Source of the DNA: Lama guanicoe
Lineage: Eukaryota
NCBI GenBank assembly: GCA_013239625.1
Contig: MU055609.1
Location: 14,954,375-15,018,374 of the forward strand
Direction of reading: 5' to 3'
DNA length: 64,000 bases
The first letter of the stretch is position 1. Each line of letters starts with the position of its first letter. The position numbers were made by a program, and so were the translations under genes. The notes beneath the pieces are model-generated. The model did no database searches. It worked only from the letters and a program-made list of their open reading frames with translations, and was not told the origin of the DNA. Shown here piece after piece: positions 12,501 through 25,110 of the stretch.

Positions 12501-14229
12501 ATCTGAGCATGGAGGGTCTGGGGCCGGAGTTGCTGGGGGCCCTGGAGAGGAGCACAGTGTGTGTGACGACTCTGGGTAGGGGCCAAGGTATGAGAAGGGA
12601 ATATTAGGTATTCGGGGAAGCCCGGAAAACGGAGTAGGGGGCCCGAGAGTCTTAGGTTCTTTGCTGATGCTCAGAGCACCTGAGGCCCTGGTCTTCAAAA
12701 GCATTGCCTCCCATGGCATTTTTGAAAAGTGCTTAAAATCCCTCCTGGAAAGGGAGCTGGAAGGCAGCCTGCCTTTCTCCCTCCTGCCTGTGCCCTGGTT
12801 GAGAAGCTGGCTACTCTTTCCTCCCAATGAGACACCATTGTGGTGCCCAGAGGACTCCCCACCCCATGAAAGAAAAGGGATGATGCCCCCTCCAGCCCTA
12901 GGGTGGGGAGAGGGGGCTTCTGGGAAGCTGGGAAAGGCAGTTGGTCCATCCATGGTGGAGAGTCCACGGTTCAGGGAGGCTTGGTAAGATCCTTGAGGGA
13001 AAACCTGGGCACCTCTCATTCAGGGGAAGGATGTCTTCCCTTCCTGGCCTCTAGGCTGCCTGAACTTGTGCCCACATCATCTTCTCTGGATAGCCCATCC
13101 CTGAGGAGTGGGTTTCTTCCCAGTATCCTGGGCCTGGAAACCCAGGGAAGGCCCATAGTTCCTGTGGTCTTGGATGGGGTAGGCAGTGCCATACTCAGGC
13201 CACAGACCAGGGGCACTGGCTGCACTGCCACCTGGGGGCTATTTGGATGTGGCTCTTCGAGACTGGGGAGCCTGGGTGAATGTCAGTGTCCAACCCCAAG
13301 ACCCAGATGTGTTGTCTAGCTGTGGAGAGGAAGGCTGTTGTCCCTTTGGTCCTGTATTCCGCCCATGATGACTTCTTAAGTCTAGGGTCCTTGAGTTTGG
13401 GGCCTGAAGTGGTAGGGGAGGGCCTTTCTGGGCTAGGCCTGGTCACCAAGGAGTTAACTAGCCAGCCCCACAGTTGCTGCCAGCCACCAATTAGTTTGTA
13501 ATCTGGCAGCTGCCAACTGTCCCTGGGGGCATGTGGGCAGCCTAATGGGGCATTCTCTGGTGGATATGGGGAAGGGGTCTGTGAAACTGCTTAGTCTAAG
13601 CTCCGCGCTTTTCAGAGCCAGTTTAGGGCCCACAGAACCCTTCCCTGCCTTTTGTGCCAGCTGCCTGGCTTGGGGACCTCCAGCCCTGGGGTTTGACAAC
13701 TACCCCACCCTGTGCTGGATATGAAGCCCAGAGTCAGGCAAACTTGGCTTCAAACGCAGAGACTCTGCCACTTTCTGGCTATGCGCTATTGAGGAAATCA
13801 CTTCCCCTTTCTGAGCTTCCTTAGGTAAAACAGACCCACCTTCTAGGTCTGCTGGGAAGAGTAAATGAAATGGTGGATTTGAGCTGCTTAGCACAGTAGC
13901 TGGCACTCAAGGCAGCTCAGTAGGTAACTGCTGAACTCCCGGAGCAACCCCTGTGCCAAGGACTTGATGGGACAGGCAGGCAGGAGCCCAGGGCTGAGGA
14001 TCCAGCAGGGACCAGGGTCCCTTCCCTCGGGGCACACAGTCTCAGTGGGCTAGGCACTGTCGCTGAACTATTCTCTCCCCCTCCCTCCTTGCTCTCAGAC
14101 ACTCCTGGTCTCTGGACATAATTGGATTTTACTCTGCGGAGCCCAGGGGTGAGTTGCTACTTTCTGGGCTCTCCCTGTTCCTAACCAGGTGCTAAGCTCT
14201 GTGGGGTCTGTCGAGGGTCTAGGTGATGT

Positions 14230-14385
14230 NNNNNNNNNNNNNNNNNNNNNNNNNNNNNNNNNNNNNNNNNNNNNNNNNNNNNNNNNNNNNNNNNNNNNNN
14301 NNNNNNNNNNNNNNNNNNNNNNNNNNNNNNNNNNNNNNNNNNNNNNNNNNNNNNNNNNNNNNNNNNNNNNNNNNNNNNNNNNNNN
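14230..14385. other. Assembly gap
   Basis: Run of N. Confidence 1.
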
Positions 14386-15799
14386 GCCCCACTCCCAGGC
14401 TGCAGCAGCGGCCCAGCCCCACTGCCCCCCACCCAACCCCACCCTGGAAGCACCACCTTGGGGGACTCTGTGCACGCCCATGCTGAGCGGGATGTCAGGA
14501 AGTGTCTCTCACACTGGCCTTCTGCTGACATGAGGTGCAGGATATGCCTCCAGTACCAGCATTTGACAGTAGGGGTGTCTCCCCCATTAGTGTTTGGCTG
14601 CCCTGGGGTGGGGGGTTTCTCTCCTGCTGGCACCCAGGGAGGGGTGGCTTCTATACTGGCCTGTCGCTGACAGTGGCACTGTCTCCTGCTCTGGTGTTTT
14701 GCTGACCTGACAAAGGAGCTGTGCTGCCTGGAGTGTGTGTGAACTGAGGGCACAGGTTAGAAACAATTGCTCACTGTTTGGAGGTGAACTGGCTGGGAAC
14801 AGTGAGTCACAGCAGCAGAGAGGACTCCAGTTTCTCAGGCGCCAGACAGACCTGGGTTCAAATCCCGCATCCTCCATTTCCAGGCTCTGTGACCACTTTA
14901 GGCGTGTGGTTAGAAGTGTGGGGCCCTCGTGCCTCTGTTGCAGGATGATGCACTCAGACATCTAATGTACTAATCTCCGTGTGCCAGGCAGCCCCTGCCT
15001 CCATGGAGTGGGCATTCTAGCCAGGAGACAGTCTGGACCAGGTAGTTACACAAGTGTCATGTGTTGAAAGGAGGGATTCAGGGAGGCTAGCGTGACAAGG
15101 AGTTGAGGATGCTAAGAGCTTGGTGACGGGAACAGGCCTGGTATGGTGGGGGAGGGCAGCAGTGGTAGAGAGCGGGCAGGAGTCAGCACAGCCAGGCCAG
15201 ACCTCCCTGGTCTATCTAAACTAAATTAGCAGGATACTAAAGACTTGGGGGTTATCCTGAAGCTAATGGCAGCCCCTAAAGGGTTTGAAGCAGAGGAGGC
15301 AGGGACTGATTTCCAGAGAGCATGGGCTGGGGTCTGTGGCCCTCAAGCAGAGCCTTCTTGGAATTGACCTTTTGCCCTCTCCTACCCCCTTCCCTGTGCA
15401 GGAGCCCTGGTGCCCAGGGAGCAGCTTGTTTATGCAGCTGGCCCCAGGAGGGAGGGGGCCAGTCCCAGTCCCTCCAGCTCCCTCTCTCTGGGCCTTGTTG
15501 ACGAAGTTCATCTCTTGGGCCCAGGTTCTCTTGACCTCCCTGGGGAGCCAGAGGGCAAGAGGCAGGGCTTTGGCACCAGGCTGACCTATATTCATATCCC
15601 AGCTCTGCAGTCATGAGGTGGGAGACCTTTGGCAAGGCACACCTGTCTCTGAACCTTAGTGTCCTTGACTATAAAATGGGGTTGATGTTATCTTTCTTGG
15701 GAAGGAAAAAAAATTCCAGATGGAAATCACAGAAGCCTATCACAGTGTCAGTTGGCATTTTAACTCTCTTGCAGGGGGGCTAACACCCAGGCTGAGGCC

Positions 15800-15982
15800 C
15801 AGGGCTGGCCGTGGGTAGGGGCAGGGCTGCATTCACAAGTCTGTGGTTGTGCAACCTGCACTTAGAAGAACCCCACACTTGGTTTAACGTTTGGCTGTCA
15901 TCATCTTGAAATTCTTAATAAGTTTGAACAAGGGATCCTGCTTTTTCATTTAGCACTAGGCCCTGCATATTATAGAGCCCTC
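15800..15982. mobile_element. MER91-like hAT-Tip100 element
   Basis: ccccacacttggtttaa...tcttgaaattcttaata...tttttcatttagcactaggccctgca. Confidence 0.6.
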
Positions 15983-16559
15983 CAAATTGAGCTGGGACAG
16001 GAAGAGGCAGGGAGCAACACAGACCTGCAAATAGTTCCCAAATGGAGGAGGCACAAGGTGGAGGGCATGACTAACTGTCCCAAGGTGGGTGGGATGTTAA
16101 TAATAGTACCATTTATTTAGTGCTTACTGTGTGCTAGGTTCTTAACTAAGCACTTGGCATATTCAGTTTCAAACAGCCCTATGAGGCAGGTACGATCATT
16201 ATTTCCCTTGTATGGAAAAGGAAAGTGAGGTTAAGATTCTTGGCCAAAGTCACACAGCTATCAAGTGATAGAGCTGTCAGGTGGGAGAGCGCATGCCTGG
16301 ACCAAGGAAGTCTTCAGTAGGACAAGGTGCCTCCTGAGCTGGGTCTGAAGGATGACTTGGAGTTTACCGAGGAGGAAGCATGTGGGGAAGGGAGGGCTGT
16401 CTCAGCTGGAAAGTGCCTGTGCCCAGGCCTGATACTTGGCCAGGAGAGCTAGAGCCAAAGCCAGATGCCTCCCAGGGCTGAGAGAAGTAGCCTTTGGATT
16501 TCACGGTTCTGATTTTCCAAGCTCACTCTGCCCCCAGGCCCAGCTGCTGCCATGATTCC

Positions 16560-18380
16560 TCAGAAATGCCCCAGCCTGGCCTCATTGTGTTGCCCACTCC
16601 TCCTCTACTCCCAGGTAATCTCATTTACTTGATTTTAATGATCTCTTCTGGGCTCAAGATCTGCAGATCTACCTACTTCCTGGACCACATTAAAAAAAAT
16701 TTTCTTTTTCTCTTACATTTTTTTTAAATTGAAGTGTAGTTGATTTACAATGTTAGTTTCAGGTGTACAGCAAAGCGATTCAGTTATACATGTATGTGTA
16801 TATATATATATTTATACACACACATATGTTTTCACATTCCTTTCCATTATAGCTTATTATAGAAATTGAAAATAGTTCCCTGTGCTATACTGTAGGTCCT
16901 TGTTGTTTATTTTATATTTAGTAATGTGTATCTGTTAATCCCCAGCTCCTAACTTATCCCCTCCCCTTTCCCCTTTGGTAATCATAGCTGGACCACATTT
17001 AGATGTCTCATGATCAGTCTATGTCCAAACTCAGGTCCCAGCTCCGCCTGCCGGCACCCGCTCTGCCTCCAGTGTCCCCAGCTTATCTCTGCCCCCGCCA
17101 TCCACCCACTTGCTCAAGCTGGAAAGCTGGAAGTTCTCCTGGACACCTCCCTCTCGCTCACCCCCACGTTCCACAGCCAGTCTTCAGCAAGTCCTGGTAG
17201 TTCTCCTGAGCATCTCGCCTGAGTCCATCATCTCCCTCCCTGCCCACCACTCCAGACCAGAGTCCGCTCTCACCCGGACCACTGTGACAGCCTCCTAAAC
17301 TGGTCTCCTTACATTTCTGTTCTTGCCCTGTTTCTTCTCATGTTTCACACCATAGTCAGAGTAATCTTCTAAACACTTGATTGTGTCATTTCCCTGCTTA
17401 AGAACCTTCCAAGATTTCTTGGAATAACCAGACTGACGCAGTCTTCGAGGCCCTGTGGGATCTGGTCCTTGCCTACCTTTTTGGATCGTCTGTACCATTC
17501 TCCTCCCCCAGCCGCAGGACTTTCATACATGTTGTTCTCTCATCCTGGAACGGCTTCCGCTTCCTTATCTTTCTCCTCCAGAGAGACACCAGCTTGAACA
17601 TCATTTCCGCAGAGAAGCCTAAACCAGAAACTAAACCCTGCCCCTCCCCTCCATACTTCTTGTACTTCTTCACGACCCTTATCACACTTGACCTGCTTTT
17701 CCTTGTCTCTCCTTCTTGCTAGACTGTGGACTCTGTGAGGTCAGCAATCCTGTTCTGCCTCACCCCAGCACATAGTAGGTAAAGAGTGAGTTGTTCTGTG
17801 AATGAAAGGAATAGATGAATCATTGTTGCTGTATCCTAACTAGCCTCCCTGCCTCCAGGCCTGTCTTCTCCAGTCCTTTCTCAGTACAGTCCCAGAGCGA
17901 TCTTTCTAAAACACGGAACTGACCCTGTCACCCCCTGCTACTTAAAATACTTCAATAGCTCCCCGTTGTGGACAGGAAAGGCCTCAGCTTCTTAGCATGG
18001 GATTCAAAGCCCTTTAAGATCTGCTCCTGATGGCCTCTCCAGACTCATCTCCCCTACTCACCCCCCACACACTTTGAACTCCTGTTCTTCTAACACATCA
18101 GGCAGTTTTGTGCCTCTGTGCCTTTGCTCTTGCTGTTCTCTCTGCTTATAATGCCTCCCCACCCCTGCTTTGTCTCCCTGGAGAACATCCTTCATTCTTC
18201 AAAATCAGCTCAGCTACCACCTTTAATGTGAAGCCTCTGAGGAACCCTCCCAGCCCTCCCTGTGCAGAGTTAGCACACCCTCCCTAGGCCACATCTATAT
18301 GGAGTCTACATCTTTTCTTCTCTGTCTCCCATTAAACTGAGCTCTTCCTGTGATTGTTTATCTGTGTGCCTCCAGCTCCC
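16560..18380 (+). mobile_element. L2 fragments
   Basis: Pyrimidine-rich L2 hallmarks (acagcctcctaaactggtctcc, gatctttctaaaacac, gcctttgctcttgctgttc, cacatagtagg...tgaatgaa). Confidence 0.6.
16692..16987 (-). mobile_element. Short L1 3' end inserted into an L2
   Basis: L1 3'UTR signature (aattgaagtgtagttgatttacaatgttagtttcaggtgtacag); TSD CTGGACCACATT at 16680-16691 and 16988-16999. Confidence 0.88.
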
Positions 18381-21039
18381 AGCTTTTCCCCTGCCCCTAA
18401 TTAGTTCTTTGCTTGTATACAGAAACCCACTCAAGCCGGCCCTGGTGGTAAAGAGGGTTTAGTATGAGGACACAAGGGATTCCTGGGAACTAAGGAGTAA
18501 GAAAATCATTAGTCTCTGGGAGATGGGACCTCTAGGCCAGGAGAAATTAAAACAGCCACTCTCTGTGCCTTGTTGGCTGCCTTCACCTTTCTGTCTCCAC
18601 AGACTGGGTTTTCTCTGCTTTTCCAGATACTGGGCCACCTAGAGTTCCTGTATTGTACCCCTCAGTTCCAGCCATATTCAGAGGTAGAACCCGAAGCTTA
18701 GCAGATCCAAGTCCAAACTCCCAGGAGAGGATCTGATTGGCTCTGAGGGAGTCGGGTGTCTACTGTTGTCCAATCAACTGCAGCCTACAGGGAAGGATCA
18801 CAAAGTCAGACATGCTAGCATGGCTCTTGTTTGTTTGTTATCTGGACAAATACTTCACAAGACATCTGCTAGAATTCTTACAGGGTCAGGTGAGCCTGGT
18901 CCTCGACCTTCCACCTGGACAGCGCTTGGAGAAAGCAGACTTGGCATTGTGACTTCAAGAGGAGTCTTTTCTTGGGGTGGCAGTGCCCAGGGCAGGTACC
19001 AAAGAACCTGTCAAATGTCATTCAGAGGCTGAGCAGAGAGTTAGGGAGATGAGACTCTGATTTTCTTCAGAGTGGGAGAGGGAAGAGGAGGGCGTGAGCA
19101 GTCAGGACAGTTCTCTCTGCCAAAATCTTATTCACTTCCTAAGACTCAACTTGTTTCCTTTCCTCAGTGTAGAGCCATGCATGTCTACCGCCCCCTTCCC
19201 CCTTCTTTACCTGCATTAATTATATTCTTTGTATTTTCCTATTAGTAAGTGGTTTTTTGAGCACCTACTCTGTACCAGACACTATGCACATGTACTATTT
19301 AATCCTCATACCCTATAAGATAGGTACTATTATTATCTCCATCTGAAAAACAAGGAAACTGAGGTTCAGAGAAGTGACATTTACAGGCTAAGGACAGGAG
19401 CGGTATGACTCCAGAAGGAAAGCTCTTAACCTCAGCTATTTGCCTGCTTACCTTTCAGGATGGTGAGGGCCTCAGGGGCAGATACCAGGTTACCATCCTC
19501 CCTCTGCTCCCCACTGCCCAGCACAGGGCCAGCCCAGAGCAAGGGCTCCCAACTGAGGGATGGACGGATGCAGGTAGAGTAGAAAAGACATCTGGGTGGG
19601 AGTCTTTTACTCGTGGACCTACGCTGTGTAGCTGTGTGACTCTAGACAAGTCTCTTAACATTTCAAAGCCTCATGTTCTCATTCAGAAATGGGAATGCTA
19701 ATTCCTACCATGAGGCTCGTATTAGGTGGTAGATATAAGGACAATTTTTAAATAGGAGAGAACTGAGCAATTTCTAAGGATTGTTATTAACAGAATGGAT
19801 CATGACAACAGGGTGCCAGCTGGCCACTGTGCCAACCAAGCTCGGCAGGAGGCAGGCAAGCCTAGAGGTTCCTTCCCAGTGTGGGTGGGGTACCTTCGGT
19901 GAGACCTGAGATGACTTTCTTTTGGTGGCTTGTGGACCTGCCAATACATGGCACTGACTCATATAGAAAGCTAGTTCCCTTTCAACTCTGTCGAGTCCAA
20001 GGTTGTCCCAGGGAGAAAGTGTCAGTGCGGTGCTAGTGTGTCTTTAACAACTTTCCAACACTTGCTACCGTCCCTTTTAAACAAAGAGATCTTGACTGGC
20101 AGCTCTGTGTAGCTAAAATTTAATAATACAGCTTTGTTTTCACTGTACTTATTTTACTGTCATTTTCTACTTATTAAAAATGGTGTTGCTTTCTATTTAT
20201 GATAGTACCACAAAATTTCTATTTAAAATAAATGCATTTAAGTTAAAAGTGTCACTTTCAAGAAAACAATGAACAAGACAGGTGTATGGAGATTTGGCAG
20301 AAATGGTTGAGGGACACACAATGTTATGTGGATAATACAAAACTGGGAAGTTGTACGGTGACATCGGGGATGTGGACTTGAATGATTTTTCAAATCCCCT
20401 GCACCTACCTGGAAAAGTTGGAGATCTCTTCCTGTTGTGCCAGCCTGCTCTGCTCTCCTCACCTTGTGCCCTGGCTTGGGTTTCTTTCAGAGAATTCTGC
20501 CATAGTTGTCCTGAAGATGGGAAAATGTGGGCCACTGCCTTCCAACTTGCTTGAGAAGGGACTCTTGGAGTTGGGGTGTCTGGATGGAACTAGGATGCCC
20601 CCTTGCCTCTGAGGCAGGACTTGGGCACTCCTGGGGGGAGCAGAAGCTGCAGACTCCACAGTCCTCCAGGTCTCCATGCACAACACGGGCCTCAGAGCCT
20701 CCCAAAGGGCTGGGATCCCAGGGAGTGCTGAGGCTGCCAGAGCCGTGAGTGAGGGTGAGGCTGTCCCCAGAGCTTGAGGGACAGTGAAGCCAGGAAGCTT
20801 TGGGGTCTCAAATGTCCTGCACTCCTTGCTCCCCCCTTTTCCACCTCTTTGTGCTATGGACTGCCTGCCCCTGCGGATTGGGCAATGACTTAGGAGGCCT
20901 CAGAGGACACAGAGGATTTATCCACAGGGCCCAAGACCAGGGCCAGGTGAGCAGGAGGGAAGTCCTGCCTGTCCCTCCCCAGTTCCATGTTCTGTGGGAG
21001 GGCATGCCTGGGCTCCAGGAGGGTGGGGAGCCTGAGTAG

Positions 21040-21480
21040 TGTGGGGTATGTGCTTGTATATCCATGGTGAATGTCCAGGGGTCTCCGCGAAGGCATATTG
21101 TGTGTGTGTATGTGAGAGTTTGTATGTACATGTGCATACGATGTGTGTTGGTGTGTCCGTGGTGAATGTACCTCTGAGGGATATGTCTGAGGGTCTATGT
21201 GGGGAAGGCTCTGTACGGAGTGTGAGTTTGGGCGTGTGTGGCAAGGTGTCTAGTGTGTCTTGAGTGTGATGTGCAGGTGGGTCTGTGGTGACTGTATCTA
21301 GTGTAAAGTGTGTCTGTGAGGCATATGCTGTGTGTATGTGTGTGCGCGATGTGCATCTGGGTGACTGCATGCTGGGTGTGGTGTGTGTCTGTTGTTTTGT
21401 GTACGTCATCGTCTTTATAGAGCGCGTGTCCGGCTATGTGGTGTGTCTGAGTGGCCGCGTACAGGTGTGTGACGTGCACT
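21040..21480. repeat. Degenerate TG-rich low-complexity tract next to the intronic CpG island
   Basis: Dense tgtgtg/tgtgtatg runs. Confidence 0.8.
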
Positions 21481-21569
21481 CGGGGCTTTGTGCTGGGGAG
21501 AGGGTGCTGGACAGGGGGTTGTGGTGGGAAGGCCGAGTGCATTGAGGGCAGTGTCTGTCTGGGCTGGGG

Positions 21570-21860
21570 CCGTGGGTGCGCTGACTTCCCCGGGAGGGTC
21601 CCCAGAGTGGGCGGCGGGCGCGGGCAGGCGGCGCCTTCCGGCCCGGCTTGGTGCGGGGGGCTGGTAATCAGAGCCCCTTCCCCCATGAAATATTGATCCG
21701 CCTCGCGGCGGCCCTGGCCAGAGGAGGGCCGGCGGGTAGCGGCGGCCGGCCGCTGTCCGTGGTGCTGCCGCGTCTCTTGGCGGGGGCGTCAGCGCTCAGG
21801 CTGGGGCGGGGCTGGGAGCCGCAGAGGTTTCCCCATCCACGGACACCCTCAGCGGTGCCC
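21570..21860. promoter_or_regulatory. Small intronic CpG island in RIMS3 intron 1
   Basis: Local CpG-dense GC-rich block (gcggcgggcgcgggcaggcggcgcc..., ggcgggtagcggcggccggccg). Confidence 0.75.
21749..21769 (-). promoter_or_regulatory. RE1/NRSE (REST binding site)
   Basis: Minus strand GGCAGCACCACGGACAGCGGC vs consensus TTCAGCACCACGGACAGCGCC: 18/21, both half-sites and 2-bp spacer perfect. Confidence 0.85.
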
Positions 21861-23384
21861 CTGCCTCTGAGGATGAGCTAGTTTGCCCCTACCACCTGTC
21901 TGTCAGTTCCACCACCCCATGTAGGAAAGGAGAACAGGGGCCAAATGAGTATTTGGGGGGTATCCAGTATCCCTCAGGGCTAGGGTAACCATGGGGCTAG
22001 GTTTGCCTGGGACACTCCTCATTTACAGCTGCGGTCCTGGTGTGATTGTTAGTGTCTCTGCTCACTTTCAGAAGAGTCTTAATCGGATGATAAATTATTC
22101 GCTTCCCACAATAAGGCTTTGCTCCAAAGACCTCTTCTCTCCGCTTCTCTGCTCTGCCCCTGCAGGTTCTGTAGCCACATGGGTGTGAAAGTGCTGTGTC
22201 TGTGTTTGTGGGTGGGGACATTGTCCTTTCTGTGCTTAGGCTGAGTTGGAATAAGGGTTTGGGAGCCCCGGGCCCTTTGGAATCCTGCTGCAACCCAGAC
22301 CCTCCCCAGAGGAACCAGCCCTCTTCTCCACCAGTCCAAATTTTGCTTTCCATTCAAGCTGTACTCTTGTTCAGGCCTGGGCTTCCTTTGCCCTCCTGCA
22401 TCTCTGGCTGCACAGGCCTCTCCTTGGTCTCGATGTCAGGGGGTGGTAGGGCCTCCAGTTTGGCCATCTATGTATTCATGACATTTTCTCTTAGTTCTCC
22501 TACTTTTACCTGCTGATTTTCCCTCCTTCAGCGGATTATCTTTTCCTCCTACCCCTAATTCTCACCCTGTCTTCACTCTGTACCCTCCTCTGGGCATTTT
22601 CCTTCATTATGGGGAACACACTCAAATCCTGCCCACCCACACTGCTCTCTTGAACTCCAGGGAATCTGCCCAACGCCTCCAAATGGGAGTTGCAATATTA
22701 TCTCAGATTTATCATTTCTAAAACTGGAACTCAGTTTTTCCCTCTAGGACCTCAGGCTCTGCTGATGGCATCCGTCAGCTCCCACCCTTCCTGTAAATCA
22801 CGTTGGATTATGTTTTTTTTTCCATTTCCCTAACTTTGTCCCATCACTAATTCTAGGCAATCCCCTCAAGCCGTCCCATGACTCCCTCACCGCTTTCCTC
22901 TTTCCGCCAGCACTATCTGAAGTAGTGCAGACCTTTTACCTGCCTCCTGACTGCTCTTCCTGCTGTCAGGCTTTCTTCTGATTCTGTACTGTGTCTGATT
23001 GATCTCTGTAAAATGTTACATCTAAGCCATGTCAGATTTCACTCCCTTCAGGATTAAAGCCAAGCTTCTTAGCCCTGCATTCAGAGCCCTTCATTGGCTA
23101 TTCCCAGCCTACCTTTCCAGCCCTCTCTTCCGCAATGGCACCTGCCTCCTGCTCCAGCTGCATCGCTCTGTTCACCAGCCCCTCAACATGCCATTCTTTC
23201 TCTGGACCTTCCCAGCTAATTCCCACCTCTTTCCTGCCACCTCTGTCTCTCCAAATCCCACCCATCTTTTGAAGTGCTCTGAAGTGAGCTTCTCCATGAT
23301 GCCTTCTCTGGTCTCCCCATCCTGAAGTGGTCACTCTTTCTGCAGAACAGCCAGAGTATTTTATCTTTTCCTTTCAGTGCTTTG

Positions 23385-23541
23385 GGTGGTCTGTAGACCA
23401 GCAGCATGGATATCACCTGGGAGCTTGTTAGAAATGCAGAATCTCAGGCTCCACCCTCCTGTGCCCTGTGGAGTCAGAATCTGCATTTCAATGAGATCCC
23501 CAGGTTATATTTGTGTGCACATTTGAGTCTGAGAAGCACTG
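23385..23541. mobile_element. MER5A-like DNA transposon
   Basis: atcacctgggagcttgttagaaatgcagaatctcaggc...cagaatctgcattt...tgagaagcactg. Confidence 0.8.
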
Positions 23542-23820
23542 GATGCTGTGTTCATTGAGGGCAGCATCTTGCTTCTGTTTGGGAGTGGCCTTCAGCCAGG
23601 GTGTTTCCTAGTGGTGTTCTCAAGTGCCAAGCCTGGCAGCCTTTGTCAGGTGACAGCTGCCACATCTGGCCAGGTTCCATAAGCTATGAGAGGGGGTGGC
23701 TGATGGAAATGGCTGGAAAGCATGTGCACTCTGCCTGGATGCTTCCACCTGGAATCTATGCCCCACAGGGTGGCAGAGCTGAAGCTCTATAAATCTGAAT
23801 CTGGGAAGCACTCTAGAGAC

Positions 23821-23926
23821 AGGAGGAATCAATTAATCAATAAATCAATAATCAATTGGAGGAGGAGGAATCAATTAATCAATTACTCAATAAAAAGGAG
23901 GAATCAATTATCAATTAATCAATAAA
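23821..23926. repeat. Three-unit compound tandem repeat AGGAGGA(ATCAATTA)n
   Basis: Units start at 23821, ~23863 and ~23896; nine ATCAAT hexamers. Confidence 0.85.
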
Positions 23927-24315
23927 AGACAGTCATCAAACGTAGGACAGAACTGTTCTCTGTCCACAACACACACATTGGTGGAAATTTTATTTTAATG
24001 TATGCTACTTTAATGTATGTTTTGAAAAGAAAAATACGTACTTTAGCTTTTTCTTTATGACACTGTTAATAGTTTCTAAAGTAGTAACTTTAGAAAACAC
24101 AGTATGTCACGTGAAGAAAATAAAAATGATTCACCATTCTACTACCCAGCTATATCACTATTTTAGATCACTGTTCATTCATTCAACAAATATTTACAGA
24201 GCCCTACTATGTGCTAAGCACTGGGGATTGAGGGTGAAGATGGCATGGTTCCTATTTTCAAGCAGCTCATAGCCTGGGGTGGGGTTTGGGAGACTGAAGG
24301 AGTTAGGACCAGGGG

Positions 24316-24764
24316 TGTATTTGTTTCCCAGGACAGCTGTAACAAAGTATCACAATCAAGGTGGCCTAAAACAACAGACATTTATTCTGTCACAATTCTG
24401 GAGGCTGGAAGTCTGAAATCAAGGTGTCAGCAGGTGTCTGTTGGTTCCTTCTGAGGGAGGCTGTTCCCTGGCTCTCTCCTGGCTTCCAGGGACAGCAGGC
24501 AATCCTTGGGGTTCCTTCACTTGTTGTATCACCTCAATCTCTGCCTTTATTGTCACATGCCCTTCCCTCTCCATTCTATCTCTGTCTCCACACGGCCATC
24601 TTCATATAAAGACACCAGTCATATTGGGTTAGGGACCCACCCTACTTCAGTATGACCTCAGTTTAATGAATCACATCACATCCAAATGAGGTCATATTCT
24701 GAGGTACCAGGGGTTAGGACTTTAACGTGTCTTTGTTGGGGAGGACACAGTTCAACCCATAAGA
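24316..24764 (-). mobile_element. MaLR LTR (MLT1-type)
   Basis: aaaacaacagacatttattctgtcacaattctggaggctggaagtctgaaatcaaggtgtcagcagg ... gacacagttcaacccataa. Confidence 0.8.
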
Positions 24765-25004
24765 GGCAAGGACAGTACTGGGTCTGGAAGAGCACGCCAG
24801 GGGGACTACCTTGTCTGGAAAGACTCCTAGGACATGACATTCAGAGTGGGACTGAGCACTAAGTAGGGATTAGCCAGCAAAGGTGGCACGGCAGACAGAT
24901 ACTGGGTCCTCGGAGTGTGAGGGTGAGGGTGGGCTGGAGGAGAGCATTCCAGGCTGGCAGGGGACAAAGTGGCACTTTTGAGGAGGGAAGGAATATAAGT
25001 GTAG

Positions 25005-25110
25005 GGTGGAGGGTATACCTCAGTGGTAGAGCGTGTGCTTAGCATGCAGGAGGTCCTGGGTTCAATCCCCAGTACCTCCAATAAAAAAGCAGTAATAATA
25101 ATAACAAAAA
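25005..25110 (+). mobile_element. vic-1-type camelid tRNA-derived SINE
   Basis: GGAGGGTATACCTCAGTGGTAGAGCGTGTGCTTAGCATGCAGGAGGTCCTGGGTTCAATCCCCAGTACCTCCA + A-rich tail; pol III A/B boxes; degenerate TSD 24991-25004/25111-25124. Confidence 0.88.

Noticed and set aside
11695-13019. Long minus-strand ORFs (286 aa and 309 aa) over the promoter
   Set aside because: Pro/Gly/Arg-rich low-complexity translations expected from stop-poor CpG-island DNA; no recognisable domain
14095-14753. ORFs containing X runs (also at 40.7 and 63 kb)
   Set aside because: Artefacts of translating through N gaps
20918-21686. His/Thr-rich 163-aa ORFs
   Set aside because: Translation of the TG/CA low-complexity tract
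23821-23926. Repeat-spacer-like array resembling CRISPR
   Set aside because: Eukaryotic intron; the apparent spacers are themselves ATCAAT repeats; no cas genes
25005-25080. tRNA-Ala-like sequence with A and B boxes
   Set aside because: Has an A-rich tail, a TSD and four diverged relatives in the window, so it is a SINE rather than a tRNA gene
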